DNA of 63,085 nt, the filler included, from Hausera hauseri (Eukaryota), in NCBI GenBank assembly GCA_046269625.1. It is 10 parts of 10 records of this genome, joined end to end, with 100 filler letters (N's around TTAATTAATTAA, not from the genome) between each part and the next. Parts side by side here need not be neighbours in the genome. Positions count along the whole stretch, not along the records: positions 1 to 6,058 come from JBJURY010147090.1; positions 6,159 to 12,472 come from JBJURY010114320.1; 8 more parts are not named here. One strand, given 5' to 3'. The position numbers and the translations under genes are program-made. Positions within the stretch are counted from its first letter, which is position 1; each line of letters begins with the position of its first letter. Below are positions 1 to 12,572 of the stretch, piece by piece. The notes beneath the pieces were generated by a model that searched no databases, was not told the origin of the DNA, and saw nothing but the letters and a program-made list of their open reading frames with translations.

Positions 1-118
1 GTGCGTGCGTGTATCATTTTTTCTACCCCATGACTCATCCGCGAACCAAACTTTTCCTTCTTTCCGCGGGGGGGGGGTTGGTTTGGTGCGCTCACATCCC
101 CCTACTGACGATCCCTGT

Positions 119-1760
119 AAAAGGCTGAGAAAAAGTATTCCATTACTGAATTAGAAACCTCACCCGTTTAAGAAGCACTTCGACATTTTAGCGTTTACGC
201 ATACGGAGAGAAAATCATAATTGTTACTGATCATAAAGTTGTCACAACCCTGAAAAGGCGGGCAAAAAATACCACCTGTAGGCTGAATAGATGGTTTGAA
301 GAAATTTCTAGATATAATATTGAATTTCAGTATAAGCCTGGCAACAAACACGTGGATGTCAATGCACTATGGAGACTAAAAACCAAGACAAGTGTAACTA
401 CGGTAATGAAGAAAGCTGAGCTTGAAGAATTAATAGACTGTGAACGCGCTTTGACGTTGGACAAAGCACTGAAAATCTCAACCGATCAGAAAAAGGATAA
501 AGTTGTCCAGCAGATTATGGAATTTTCTAAAGGGATACAGTACCGAAAGGACGACAGCTTAAGAAACATTTATGCAGTCATGTACACTAATATTGTGTCT
601 TGAACCATAAAGGCCACGAAGACATTTTGTATTATGTACGGAAAGAAAGGAAATTAATAGTCATTCCAAAAGGCTTACGCACCGAAGTTTTAATGGCAGA
701 ACATGATTCATATTTAGCAGCACACATGTCATGGAAAGAGATGCTGGAAAGAATATTAAATAAATACTTTTGGCCCACTATCTATATTGATATGAAGAAT
801 TGGATAAATGCTTGCAATGTATGTGCAACTAAACAGAAAAAGACGAAAAATTATGTGGCAGAGCAAAAACCAATTGCCGTACCAGACAGACCTATGCAAG
901 CCATGTCAATGGACATTATAGGACCGCTACCTACGATTCACAAAAATAATAAATATATCCTAACTTGTATTGATCGATTAACTCACTTTGTCAAATTGGT
1001 AGCGATAACCGATCAAAGACAGAAACATTGGCAGAAGCTGTAGTAAGAAGAATAATTTGTCGATATTGGCCCCCATATCAAATACTGACAGATGGTGGAA
1101 GAAATTTTACCAGCGAATTGCTTGAGAAAATTATTAAAATATTTGAGATTGAGCGGTTAACAGCCACTACATACCATCCTCAATGTAATGGAATAGTTGA
1201 GTGAATGAATGCAACTGTCATACGCATATTATCCACAGTAGTAGCCAAGGACCAAAAAGGTTGGGACGAATTTTTAGTAGGAACTCAATTTGCCATTAAT
1301 ACAACACAACATCCAGCGACAGGATTTACACCATTCTTCATGATGTATGGACGTGAAGCTGTGTTACCCACAAGTTTAGAAATGACACTATACACGCTCA
1401 ATCCCGAAGATTTTAAACAAAATTTTTTGCAGAAGTGCTACAGACGCGATTGAAAAAATGTTGGGAATTTGCCAAAGAATTGTTTCGAGAATATCAAGAG
1501 CAGTTTTAAAGGCAATATTATAAAAAAGTAAAACCACACGATTTAGAACAAGGAAATTGGGTTTATGTACATTACCCAGTAGCTAAGAAAGGTACGTCGT
1601 TAAAACTGACTCGTACAGGCAGAGGACCATATAAAGTTACTAAAATTACGCCAGCTACGGTGTACATCAACAAGTATGGAAAAGAAGACGTCGTATCAGT
1701 ACAGAGAGGCGTTAAGACATATATACGACCCAATAAACGTTACAACCTACGACAACGAGA
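119..1760 (+). pseudogene. pol: Gypsy pol: RNase H C-terminus plus integrase (zinc-binding, rve core, GPY/F), with stops and frameshifts
   Basis: EHDSYLAAH..YFWP..CNVC (ORF 600-1043), SMDIIGPLP, ILTDGGRNF, YHPQCNG (~1170), TGFTPFFMMYGRE, RGPYKV (~1621). Confidence 0.92.
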
Positions 1761-1764
1761 GATG

Positions 1765-3200
1765 AAAACTTCTTTAATAATTGCTAGACCGATATCATAC
1801 ATTCAGATAGTTTTAGCACTGTCGTTAATTGCTTCTTATATCCCAAAAGCACAAACTCAAGGGTGGAATGATGAAACTACCCTAGGAGACGTATATGGAA
1901 TTCGGAAGAGTGGATTAAAGCCGAAAAACATTATAACGGAAAATAAACCAACGCCCGAAGAGATACAAAAACGAGAAGGCACTATTTTGTTACAACTAAT
2001 GAAGGTTCATTACTTTTTGCCCGACACTGTGTGTGCTGGATTTAAAACTTGGAGACCGCATCACAATTTTGGACGACTTCCAGTTGTACTATACGATGTA
2101 ACACCAAAGAAGTAAAAAACTGAGATTTTGAACCCGGAGATTACACACAGTGCTGCGACATAGATTATTGACATATCTACATCTTTACTTATCGACTGTA
2201 CTTACCAGACTCATCAGAAGTTTATATCGAAGTAAACCAACAACTTCAGTTAGTTATTCCCACTTGGACTAGACGATTCGAAATGAAACTCAACGAAATT
2301 CTACAACCCACCGACCCAAATATAAGGCTATCAGATGAAAACATCAAAAGAATTCAGTAAATAAAGAAAAACAGTGCTTCCAAGTAGATGCTCGAAGAGG
2401 ATTAACTCTACGTCAAGAAATTAGTATCGTTTTTGAAACAGTAAACGGGAAAACACCGAAAATTGAATATTGTTCTGTTCATGCCGGTGTGCAACACCCA
2501 TGTTGTAAGCTACCAATAAACCAAGAATTCAAAATAAGATTTGACTTATATCAAGTACGACCGAAAAAACGGAGCAAACACTTTCAAACATATTACCAAG
2601 AGAATAGAATATAGAGGATTCCAATAGAGACGACAACGAAAAAGCCAACAACTCGAGTTAGCACCATTACTCAAACCGTTACAACAGGTAGTGCACCTAA
2701 AAGAAAATTAGAAAGTGTACCTATCAAGTATTCGGGGCATCGATTTAGAATTGTGTTCTTTGTAGAAGAAAAACTAAATTACGATATAAATATAAGCTGC
2801 CGAACAACGTATAATAACCAAATTGTAACATTACTTAAAAACACTTAATAGACAGAATGCAATTTGTTAAAACCGCAATCCGATTACATAATACACGTAT
2901 ATGCAGAGAATAAACAAAACCAAACAATTACATTGCGTACCTTAGGTGAAATTCGTGCAGAATCGCATATATACGAAAACATAGACGATGAAATCACAAC
3001 TCCAGTCACCATGCAAGTAACAATGGGATTAACCACTTTACCGATAGTATTAATTGTCGTACTATCAAAGTTTGTTCTCATTATATTAATTGCGATTTTT
3101 CGGTTAGTTGCCAAAAATTGTCATTCTAAGCGTACTAAAACTACAGAATGAGAACTAAGGGAATTAGAAACCTCTATTGATCCGTATGATAAAATAACCT
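1765..3200 (+). pseudogene. Retrotransposon-borne type I membrane protein with signal-like segment, Thr-rich stalk, fibronectin type III-like domain and TM helix
   Basis: Hydrophobic IQIVLALSLIASYIPKAQTQ in frame with the integrase tail; LKPQSDYIIHVYAEN (FN3 LxPxxxYxIxVxAxN pattern) and TM LPIVLIVVLSKFVLIILIAIF in ORF 2864-3151. Confidence 0.6.
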
Positions 3201-3314
3201 GACAACTACAGAGCGGGTTATTCTATCATCAAATAAAGGATTGGTTATATTTCAAGACCATCCTTTATTGTAAAAGTAATCCTTACTGTTTATTTTTCAG
3301 ATTAGAGTATTCAC

Positions 3315-5911
3315 ATGGCCGAGCGATGCAGTATCGACAACCAACCAAAAGGAACAAGTCAAGAATTTCGATATAGCATCGACGAGTTTCTTCAGAAATA
3401 TGCCCCGTCTTCCTCCCAAATTCCAAATCCATATATCGATAAATTTATAACGAATTGCATGAGAAAACTTTAGTAAATTACGATCAGACTAGTAGAATTC
3501 CCAATAATTATAAGGTATTACGGAAGAAAATAGAATTGTCTCTCTCTGCGCTATTCGAAAAGACAAGGATGCCCGAGCATACTAACTCAAACAGATGATC
3601 ACGTACGAACATCACCAAAGTTTTATATCCACCTGGCAGACGGTGAGATATACTATTGATTCAAAGATCAAGAATGGAACGCTAATAACGGAAGGCAATA
3701 CAGATTTAGTACCCTTAGCCTACATAGCGGAGATTTGCATCACTATGAGTTAGAATTTCGAGTAGCTGCCCATCTTGTCAAATTGATATTCGAGGCGACT
3801 TACGATGACTATCCCTATATCCAACAGCCACCTTTGAAATTCTATCAACAACCGTCAGAAAAGGATTCGGACACATTCTTACAATCACATATACTAGTGC
3901 AAGATGCCAGAAATACAAGAATCATAGTAATCAATTGTGGAGAAGGGAATGATGAGCAATAGATTCCAATGGAAGTCTCAATTCGATAAGCGAACGGAAC
4001 AGAAGTATATTGTACGATTATTAGCCCGAGAAAAAGAGCCCGCGAGACATACTAGGATACGACAGGAATTCGCAATGAAACACTCCCGAGAGGTACAGAC
4101 GTCAAACTTGTCCAGGTCGAGTTAGAACATTGTTTATATGGATATATCCTCGCTGGATATCACGTCGACAGGATTGCTGAATTACTGGAAATACAAAGCT
4201 CAAGCATCGTAGGAATGCGTGAGATAGGAACACACCCGGTAGTCGCCGAGCAAACTAAACGAATATTGCGAGAAAGAAATTACACTGTGCCGAAAGTTAT
4301 GGATGCCTATTTCTAGTTAATGGTCGACGCCATGAACAGCGAACATGTTAAGATTAGCAAACTGTTAACCGCTAGTCAATACACTCAATACTTGCGCGAT
4401 AATTACGTTGCTTTAAAATGGGACCACGAATGGATACCCAGCAAACCATAACAAAACATACGAAGTTCGTCATATCCAAAAACTATAAACAAAAAGTACC
4501 GGAAGCAGTACCGTCCAGATTCCCCGTACAGGATTGTTGAACCTATGGCACAGGATGATGTAATGATAAATATTCGGAAATCAAATCAAACATGTACCGA
4601 TGTGCCCAGCTCCACTTATAGTTCCCACGACAAATCCAAATTACCCATTGAGAAACCGACTCCGAAACTGGAATCAATAATCAAAGGGATAGCCGCGACT
4701 GAGACATTCAAAGTTCCACAAGTTCCACAGAAAAAGCAGAAAATTGAACTACAAATTCCAGCGGTTAAAAAAAAATATCTCTCTACGACTACTTGTTTAG
4801 AAAGAAAAGCAAGACCGTAAAAGGTAGCTAAAGGAACGAGCTCAACCCAGGTACAAGAAGATCGAACTAATAAAACAAACGAAGACCCCGGAATTTCGGA
4901 GACAAGAACAGCAATCCCAACGACATCCGCAAATAACCAGATGACAATTCTAATCTCAGAAAAACCCAAGAGATCGATACAGAAATACAAGGACCCAGAA
5001 GGCAGATTTAAACAGCTGTTCGCGGAAATTAATGTGCTTCGGAAAAGGAACTACCAGGAAGATGTGCATTTTGCAACAACTAAAGATTACCCGAAAATGC
5101 TAGTGACCACCGAATATTATAGTCACCAAAAAATTAAAGAGGTGATGTTTTTCGTTAAGACCACACCAGCACGAGAAGTTTATGAAAACACTTACATTTG
5201 GAAAAAGCCTAAAATAGGGAAATATATTGCATCAGTTTTTCAGTCGAAAAGAAACGGCAGGTTAACAGTGCCAGTGGACAAGGAAATGAAAGCTTTGTTA
5301 AAGAAACTATATCAAAAGTATCAAACAGATGGTGAAATTCCCGATTTAGATCGAGATACCATCGTTGATTGGACATTAGTATCAGTAGGTTGTGACCCCA
5401 GAAAAAGTTCCGTAACCCCAAACAAAAGAGAATCCATGGTTATCTATACCAAGATAACTATGGCCTGTATTTGAATCCATCGAAATCACAATAAGAGTAA
5501 ACTTAGATGATGAGAAATGGGACAAAGATTAGAACAAATGCCCAGTATGTGAAGCGAACCTCAAACAAGGCTACGTCCGTCCTAGATAACCGCGATTTTC
5601 GACACAAATATTGTCGAGATTGCTTGGAGAAATAGACATTAAACGATGGTTAAACCACTTGCCCCGTGTGTAGAGCCGAGGCAACCGAATTAAAATATTT
5701 TTCGAATGGTAGTTACACCCGTGTAGGCCGCATAAAATCACATTACAGTTATGAATTAGAAACGTATTTCCGAGAAACGCAGCCTAATACGGACGCAGAA
5801 ATGGATTTACGTCGACGAATAAATCTCCTTAGACAACTAGATAATGGAGTCATTTCTCTTCACGAAATTGGCACATCCGAGGATGCCGCTCAGGGAGGAG
5901 ATATGTTGTAA
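3315..5911 (+). pseudogene. Accessory ORF (~860 codons, broken) ending in a C3HC4-type RING finger
   Basis: Continuous A-rich coding-like sequence from ATG 3315; at ~5539-5680 CPVC...FRHKYCRDCLEK*...TTCPVCR. Confidence 0.65.
5892..5903 (+). promoter_or_regulatory. Polypurine tract (plus-strand primer)
   Basis: AGGGAGGAGATA directly before TGT. Confidence 0.7.
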
Positions 5912-6058
5912 AGACGTTCAAAATTTGTAAATACTGTTATAAGCAGCATGTTGTAAATAATTATTATTTTATGGCATTTTTTCATTATTGTACAAAATTA
6001 GAAATTTTAATCGACATTCAACTAGTTAATTAACTAGTTATTAGACTTGTGCATTGAA
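5904..6058 (+). repeat. Start of 3' LTR (truncated by contig end)
   Basis: Begins TGT right after the PPT; sequence switches to AT-rich non-coding. Confidence 0.6.
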
Positions 6059-6158
6059 NNNNNNNNNNNNNNNNNNNNNNNNNNNNNNNNNNNNNNNNNN
6101 NNTTAATTAATTAANNNNNNNNNNNNNNNNNNNNNNNNNNNNNNNNNNNNNNNNNNNN
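6059..6158. other. Artificial contig spacer
   Basis: 44 N + TTAATTAATTAA + 44 N. Confidence 0.99.
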
Positions 6159-8191
6159 CCTGGCATATTCCGCCTCTAATGCCTCTCTCGATCATAAGGA
6201 TCATGTCGTAATCCTTGATGATCTGCAGCCTTATGCCGGTATATCTCTACATAGCTGCTCAGCTCATCCCTGGAGCCGTAAGTAAATGAGGCGGATCCAA
6301 TGCATTGCTCTTCATTGTAACATCCATGAAGCTATCAAAAACACCTGTCAGCAGCAGCACGTCCGTCTTGAGGTATATGTCGCTGTATTCCCTTAATGTT
6401 CGGCATTGGAATGCATACCAGACGTTCTGGTCATGGTGGTAGTCAGCATCACTGATATCGCAATCAGAGAGGATATTGTAAAAGTCCTTCTTGTCAGGCA
6501 ATGAGGTCTCATCAAGTGTTTTTCACATGACATTATGTAGTCATGGAAACACACCTTTCCGCTTAACCAGGTCAAAGGTAGTGGGGAAGAATCGCTTCGT
6601 TTCCTTAAGTTCTTCTGCAGGGAGGTTCTTCACTAAACTCTCTAGTGAAGACGACATAAAACGAAAGCTGTCTATGAATCGAAGACTGATTTTCCCAACA
6701 TGCTTGGTAAAGGCTATATAATTCTCCTCACTGTTAGGGATCACATCTATATTACCATCAATGTTGCCTAATTCTCGGACTATGAAATGGGAGTCACAGC
6801 CCGAGATTATGAAACATTACAGGTACATATGTACATGTTTTGCAGCGGAGATTTCAGTTCTTGCATGCTGCTCCTCAATATGCATCTGTAAAATGGCAAT
6901 GATCCTTGACTATGATTTTCCTTGGTGAAGGACTTTTCGCACAAGTAACATGTTGTTGCCTTGCGATATTCTTCTGCTTGTTTCCACGACATGCTCATTG
7001 TATCCTTATGCTGCTGAAGCAGGTTTTCAAGCTTATGAGCCATATATTCAAGTCGTTGCATAAAATGTTCTGCTGCACCTGGCCCATGAATAGAAATGGT
7101 TCACTGTCCAGTCCTTTGGCATACATGCCATACGATGAGAGTTCATGATATTGGTTTGCCGTTGTGCTGCTATGCATTTTTATTAACGATCCATTCCGGA
7201 AGCTGAATATATGAACTACCCCGCATGGGAGAGTACTTGTGAACATACACAATCTCTTGATGGTTGCCAGTCTATCCGCTCTTCTTACTCTGGCTCTCAT
7301 CGGATTCACGGATCAGCTTTGCATGTTCTTCATGCAGCCATTCTACTATATTGGTGGCTTCAAAAATGGTTCTATTTCTCGTCTTGAAGGTCCTTTTGGA
7401 CTCATCGGCATCAACATTGACGTATGTGGTCTCAAGTTTCATATTAGCCTTTATGGCCTTGAGCTCAGCTATGTTGTCCTGGAGAATTCCCTTTGTTTCT
7501 TCCTCTGTGTACTCCAGGAACTCCTTTATGGTTGTTTGACCAGTTGCATCAATGACATTTTGAGGCATTTCCTCTTTAAGACTGCAGCATCAACTAGCCG
7601 CTGTCTTTGACTCTTTGATGGAGCCGCTGCGCCTGATGCGCGTTTTAGTCCTGCATCTGGTTGTACTGCCGACTGTGGTACTGCAGGCTGTGCTGCCAAA
7701 GCAGGATGCTGATCTTTAAATATGACCTTCTTTGACTTTGATGCGAAGACAGTCAAATAATGTTTATGATCTTCATAAAAATGTATGTATTCTCCATCAC
7801 ATACGGCCTCACATCCTGGTCAGATATAATAGATAATCCTATTGAATTTGTGTCCATAATAGCTCCTCATGGTATTGTGAAAATTCTGAGTGTTGTGTAT
7901 TGCACATGTTCAATACACATATGAACTGCATCTTTGATTTTCCTTTGGCACGAAAGTCGTTATTGGCATATTGGTACTGAATATTTGTTTTTTTGACGTG
8001 GTGAAGGAAATCAAGTGCTGTTTATGGATATCGTAAAAATTTTCATAATTGGTTTGGCACACTACTTCACATGTAGGGCATATATAATACTGAACCCTGT
8101 TGTACATATGGCCAAAGTATTTCTTCATAACACTGTGGCAATTTTCCGGCTCGTGGATTTGAGCCAAACATTCGCTGTAAAGTTTGAACAT
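6159..8191 (-). pseudogene. Polinton/adintovirus-type protein-primed family B DNA polymerase, N-terminal half, degenerate
   Basis: TCYLCEK (endonuclease VII-like region), FIDSFRFMSSSLESLVKNL, RKGVFP, YSDIYLKTDVLLL..VF, LDPPHLLTAPGMS, IERGIRGGI at the contig start. Confidence 0.88.
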
Positions 8192-10160
8192 CTAAAATCA
8201 ACCAATTATTTGAGGAGCACAATTAAAAAACTTACAATTTGTTGAAGTGATTTTGGAAATAATACAAAATATTGCCATATGACCACGTACTGCCTCGCTC
8301 ATTGATTGGTTTTAATGCGCTTTTATTTTAATGCATCAATTAAATTAAATAGAAGGCGGCGCCACATTTAAGGTTTTCTACCATTGGAAATCGAATCGCG
8401 TCATTAGATTCTTCAAATTATTTATGCTTGACCGAATATTCGAGTTCGAATAGCAAAGTATTAGAATTCGAATACCAAATGCCATATTCCGATTCGTTAT
8501 ACATGACTTCATATCCAGTCCCGCTATTAGATTTATCGATTTCCGCTTCACTGGGTTTTAAATGCACATTTTGCTGAATTCGAAATATTGATTTTGTGCC
8601 TATATAGTACATTTTTGTGGAATAATTTTTACGTATTAGTGTGTTTTCATATATGTGGAGTCGATTTTCCCTGTTAGATTTTTCGAATAAATCGATATTC
8701 AATATTCGAGTCAAAAAATATTTGAATTTCGAATATTCGACTCGAGATTCGACATCGCCATAGTCGACTTCCTATCTATCCCTGCTAATTATAATATAAA
8801 ATTTTGCTTCCTTAGGGCCTAAAAACCTATGCGGGATCTCCCTCAGTTGCAATTTGGATCGATATTATTTGAAATCGGCTAGGTAAATTTAAATTCTAAC
8901 TGCACATTCATATACTGCACCATGTTTCCAATTGATACCACCCAGTCATATGTCCTAATCAATATTGGAAATATCGGAAATCCGATATTATTCATTTTTT
9001 CACACTAGCACACGTGTTTTTGCACTGCACATTATATATCAAGATGCATCTCGATGTGCTATATTTACCTGCTGTTAGTTACTGTAATACGAAAACTCAA
9101 AATTGATGGCCGACAAAATCAACAAAACAAACCTGCAGAATCAGCAATAAATATGTCACTGAAACAACAACAATTCCCAATTCTCAAATTGCAAATAAAA
9201 TACAGAATTGCCAATATCGAAATAAAATGACGATTGCAGATCAAAATAGACGAAATAGCAGAAAATCAAAATATCTAAAATATCGATTTATTTAACTCAA
9301 TTGTTTTATATTAGATATCAAAACTGCCAACCATATATATCATATTAAAACAAAATTTATACAATATTCATATGATATCATCAAATTCGTAAAAAATTGT
9401 TTCTCTATCGAACATTGGGAATTGAAAATTAAATAACAAGATCTATGGAACTTTAGACAAAAACATCGATATAATCTCCATGTCAACTTAGAATTCTCCC
9501 GTGTCACATTTCTTGAAGTATGATAACCTTGAAACTGAGAGAATATCCGTAATCCATTGAATTTCAGCGATTGCAATATTAGCAAAAATAAACCGTAAAA
9601 ATGGAAAATAGCACACACTAATCCATTGCTATACAGTAAATATGGGTACTGATAATTATATCCTTTGGAAATATAGAATCCAGTGTGTATAGAAATAGAC
9701 CGTCAAATTTATCATTATGATTAACAGCAGCATTGTCTAAGAAAGATTCCTTTGTAGATTGGTTTGAGTTAATCACCCTAAACAATTCATTCTTGACCTT
9801 GAATATCATCTATACCGTCTTCATAAACTGTTCGTTTTGTTCAAAATCGCACGAGATGCTTTAAATATTCTGCATTTTCTGTATTGTTCAATGTGCGTGC
9901 GAGAATGCGTTGACGCGAAAGTGAGATGATTAAAGGATGCACGAGCATTACGTTGCTTGTTATGATTTTTATTTTTACATTAATTTCAGCATTTGTCAAG
10001 TGTTCGAAATCCTCTGTATACACATTTTTTTGTATAATTCTGTATTGTGTGAGCATTATTTATAAGAATAACACATGGAGATTTGAGACTGGAAATTGCT
10101 AAACATAATTCATCAATGTAGGATGGTTTTTTCAAATATGTTTTAGTTAATTTGACGAAA

Positions 10161-10500
10161 TCAAACCAGAAAAATTTTTATCGGGATATGATCGACAAAT
10201 TTTTTTAGCAGAAGAGTTTTACCGCAACCTTCTGGACCATAGAGACAAAACAGGCCATTAAATTTTTTCATTAAAATTTCCGACAATTTTGTTTCGATTT
10301 CATCTAAGCCGAAGAGTGGTTCAGGGCTTGCGCCATTGTAAATAAATTGAATGGGTGTCACATTTGATATCCTGAAATAAATATTTTCTACGTTGGAATT
10401 TTCATAAATAATGTCATTCAATTTTACTTTGGTTATTGTAAACTTGGTAACGCCATTCTTGGTCATCAATTCATTATCAAAGCGGAAAATCTGGACCCGC
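10161..10500 (-). pseudogene. P-loop (AAA+-like) ATPase fragment
   Basis: LFGLDEIETKL..FCLYGPEGCGKTLLLK (Walker A after a hydrophobic strand); followed by stops, Walker B not seen. Confidence 0.5.
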
Positions 10501-11480
10501 CTATGTGCCCGACTCGCCGGCAACGAAAAACCCGGCCGAGTTATGTTCCTTAGTGACGCCAAGAGTACGCAAGTGTGCTAATGAGGTGCGTAAGAAGTCA
10601 CTGGGTTTTTGTGTGACCAGTGCATTTTCGTTAAAGATGCGTTGCATTATGGAGTCAATTGAAGGTTCGGTCTGTTTTAAGACAGCGTCGAATAATTGGG
10701 TATAAGGGTCAGAATGTTGGAAGATGTCTAGCAAATTATGTATGGAGGCTTTTATGGAGTTTGGGAGAAGATAGAGTAAGCTGTGGGCTTTAGATAAGGA
10801 GTCTGTGATACCACTAGACTGTAGCCAGAGTTGATGAAAGTAAATCCACGTTTTACTGGACTTTTTATTATCTATGAAGTATTCAGTGCAGTGTGGAGTA
10901 TTGGTAGGATTTTTATGGGATTTGCATCGACTAAAGAAAGTAGAGGGTTTGGTTTGGAGTAGTAGAGAATGGGTATTGGCTTTTTGTGGTGGTTGTATCC
11001 GTGGTGTCAATAGTTGGTGGGGAGTTCATTCCACCATGGATACGGAGATGTATATTGAAGCAAGCATGATTTGAAAAAGGAGGTAAAGTCTCGTTGAAAT
11101 GTATGATGGTACCGTGATGGCTAAGATAGAAGTCAGAAGAACCAAGGGTAGAAGAAAGGTTGGTCTGAAGGATGGGGATATGCGGGTGTGTTGTATGAAG
11201 GGTACATATGTGAATGTTATTATAAAAGAAGAGAATGGAGGTGAGGGCAGTGGTGGGCCCGGGGGCGTGATTAAGGGCCGACATTGAAGACGCCCCCCGA
11301 CCGACCGGCGCAGGGTTAGTGGTCGGGACCTCCGCTTTAACGTGGCGGGCAGCAAATTGCTGGTGGGCCGAATTTCCCTTCAGAAATTTAGCGTAGACTG
11401 CCGATATGACATTCAATAAGAACAAATTACTAACGCCATAAGGTCGTGGGGATATCGAGTTGAGAATCTTCTGCTGCTGC
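10500..11480 (-). mobile_element. gag: Gypsy (CsRn1-like) 5' leader and gag fragment
   Basis: W..GITDSLSKA..DPYTQL..QKPSDFLRTSLAHLRTLGV matches the gag at ~41500-41950 (KPSEFLQTSLTQLSTLGV). Confidence 0.7.
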
Positions 11481-11501
11481 AAAAGAAATCACCCTGCTTA
11501 C

Positions 11502-12069
11502 CGATACTGATGGTCGTTAAAGTGGATGGTATCGATGACACAATCGGTGCGCCGATTTGTTGACCGGCACCAAACCCACCAAATGTCGATTATGTCTGTG
11601 CATTGAATCCGTAGCATGTTGTTGATAAATAGACGAATAATTCTGGTTTATTCGTCGCATTGCCGAATAAGTTCAATGTGGTACCAAACGTTGTATATTG
11701 TGACTTCTGTTGGTTACCAAACTACCTTGTTGAGGAAACTCTGACATTCTGTGTCGCTGCTGGAGTCACACCAAAGCTGCTATGTGCAGGAAAAACGCTT
11801 GGTTTCGATGTGACTGATTGTTTATCTTCGTCGATTTTCACGGTCCACTTCGAAATGTGCAAATTTAAATCACTGATGAGCAGATGCTGACTACTAAATA
11901 TGGGGTCGAGTATTGTCGAACTACTCGCACTATTGCTGGTGCTACTAATGAGAGTGGGAAACATAGATGTAACTGGCACAGGTGAATTGGAATGTTCGTT
12001 GCTAAAGGAGTGGCAGTAAGATGGTAGTCTACCAGGACCGGTGACTATGACTTTTCGAAAGCATTTCAC
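11502..12069 (-). pseudogene. Ser/Thr-rich FG-repeat (nucleoporin-like) exon remnant
   Basis: Read-through gives SFG, FG, TFG, LFG, TFGGFG with two stops; ends at a G|GTAAGC donor-like site. Confidence 0.35.
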
Positions 12070-12472
12070 TTGCAGCTTTAGAAATAGTTTTGTAAATACA
12101 TGCCTGTTGGTGTTTGTCGTCTAGTAAATTCTTTCGTTGTGACCACATTTTTATGAGAATGTTTTCAAAGTCAGGAAATACTCCAACGATTTCCATTGGA
12201 GCTAAGGCGGCAGTGAACAAAATCAATACTCCGCAAATAGAGGAACCGTTTATGCGTGAAATAGCAATTGGTTTTGTTATTGACCTTTGCGGACGATAAT
12301 AGCCGCATAATTCAGTAGCAAATTATAGAAAATCTTTATTGGATTTCGGAAGTTTATTTTTGACATTGTTTACTTGAAAGTGCCATACACTCTTAGACTG
12401 CTTAGTTTTTATGTTTCGCACAAAGTTGCTGTCTCGATGTTCCAACAATAATTCCAACAAAAACAATTTATA

Positions 12473-12572
12473 NNNNNNNNNNNNNNNNNNNNNNNNNNNN
12501 NNNNNNNNNNNNNNNNTTAATTAATTAANNNNNNNNNNNNNNNNNNNNNNNNNNNNNNNNNNNNNNNNNNNN
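12473..12572. other. Artificial contig spacer
   Basis: 44 N + TTAATTAATTAA + 44 N. Confidence 0.99.

Larger units (their letters stand above)
119..6058 (+). mobile_element. Ty3/Gypsy LTR retrotransposon, 3' half (end of RNase H, integrase, ~4.1 kb of extra ORFs, PPT, start of 3' LTR), degenerate
   Basis: RNase H motif AEKKYSITELE..EALRHF..Y..IIVTDH at ~121-235, HHCC and DDE integrase, GPY motif, then purine tract and TGT at 5892-5906. Confidence 0.9.

Noticed and set aside
1-118. Possible MITE end (..GACGATCCCTG) interrupting the RNase H
   Set aside because: Only one end is visible, so no TIR pair or TSD can be verified
8380-8790. ORF 8418-8714 and TCGAATATTCGA-rich palindromic tract
   Set aside because: No protein motif; probably a non-autonomous DNA transposon, but termini could not be defined
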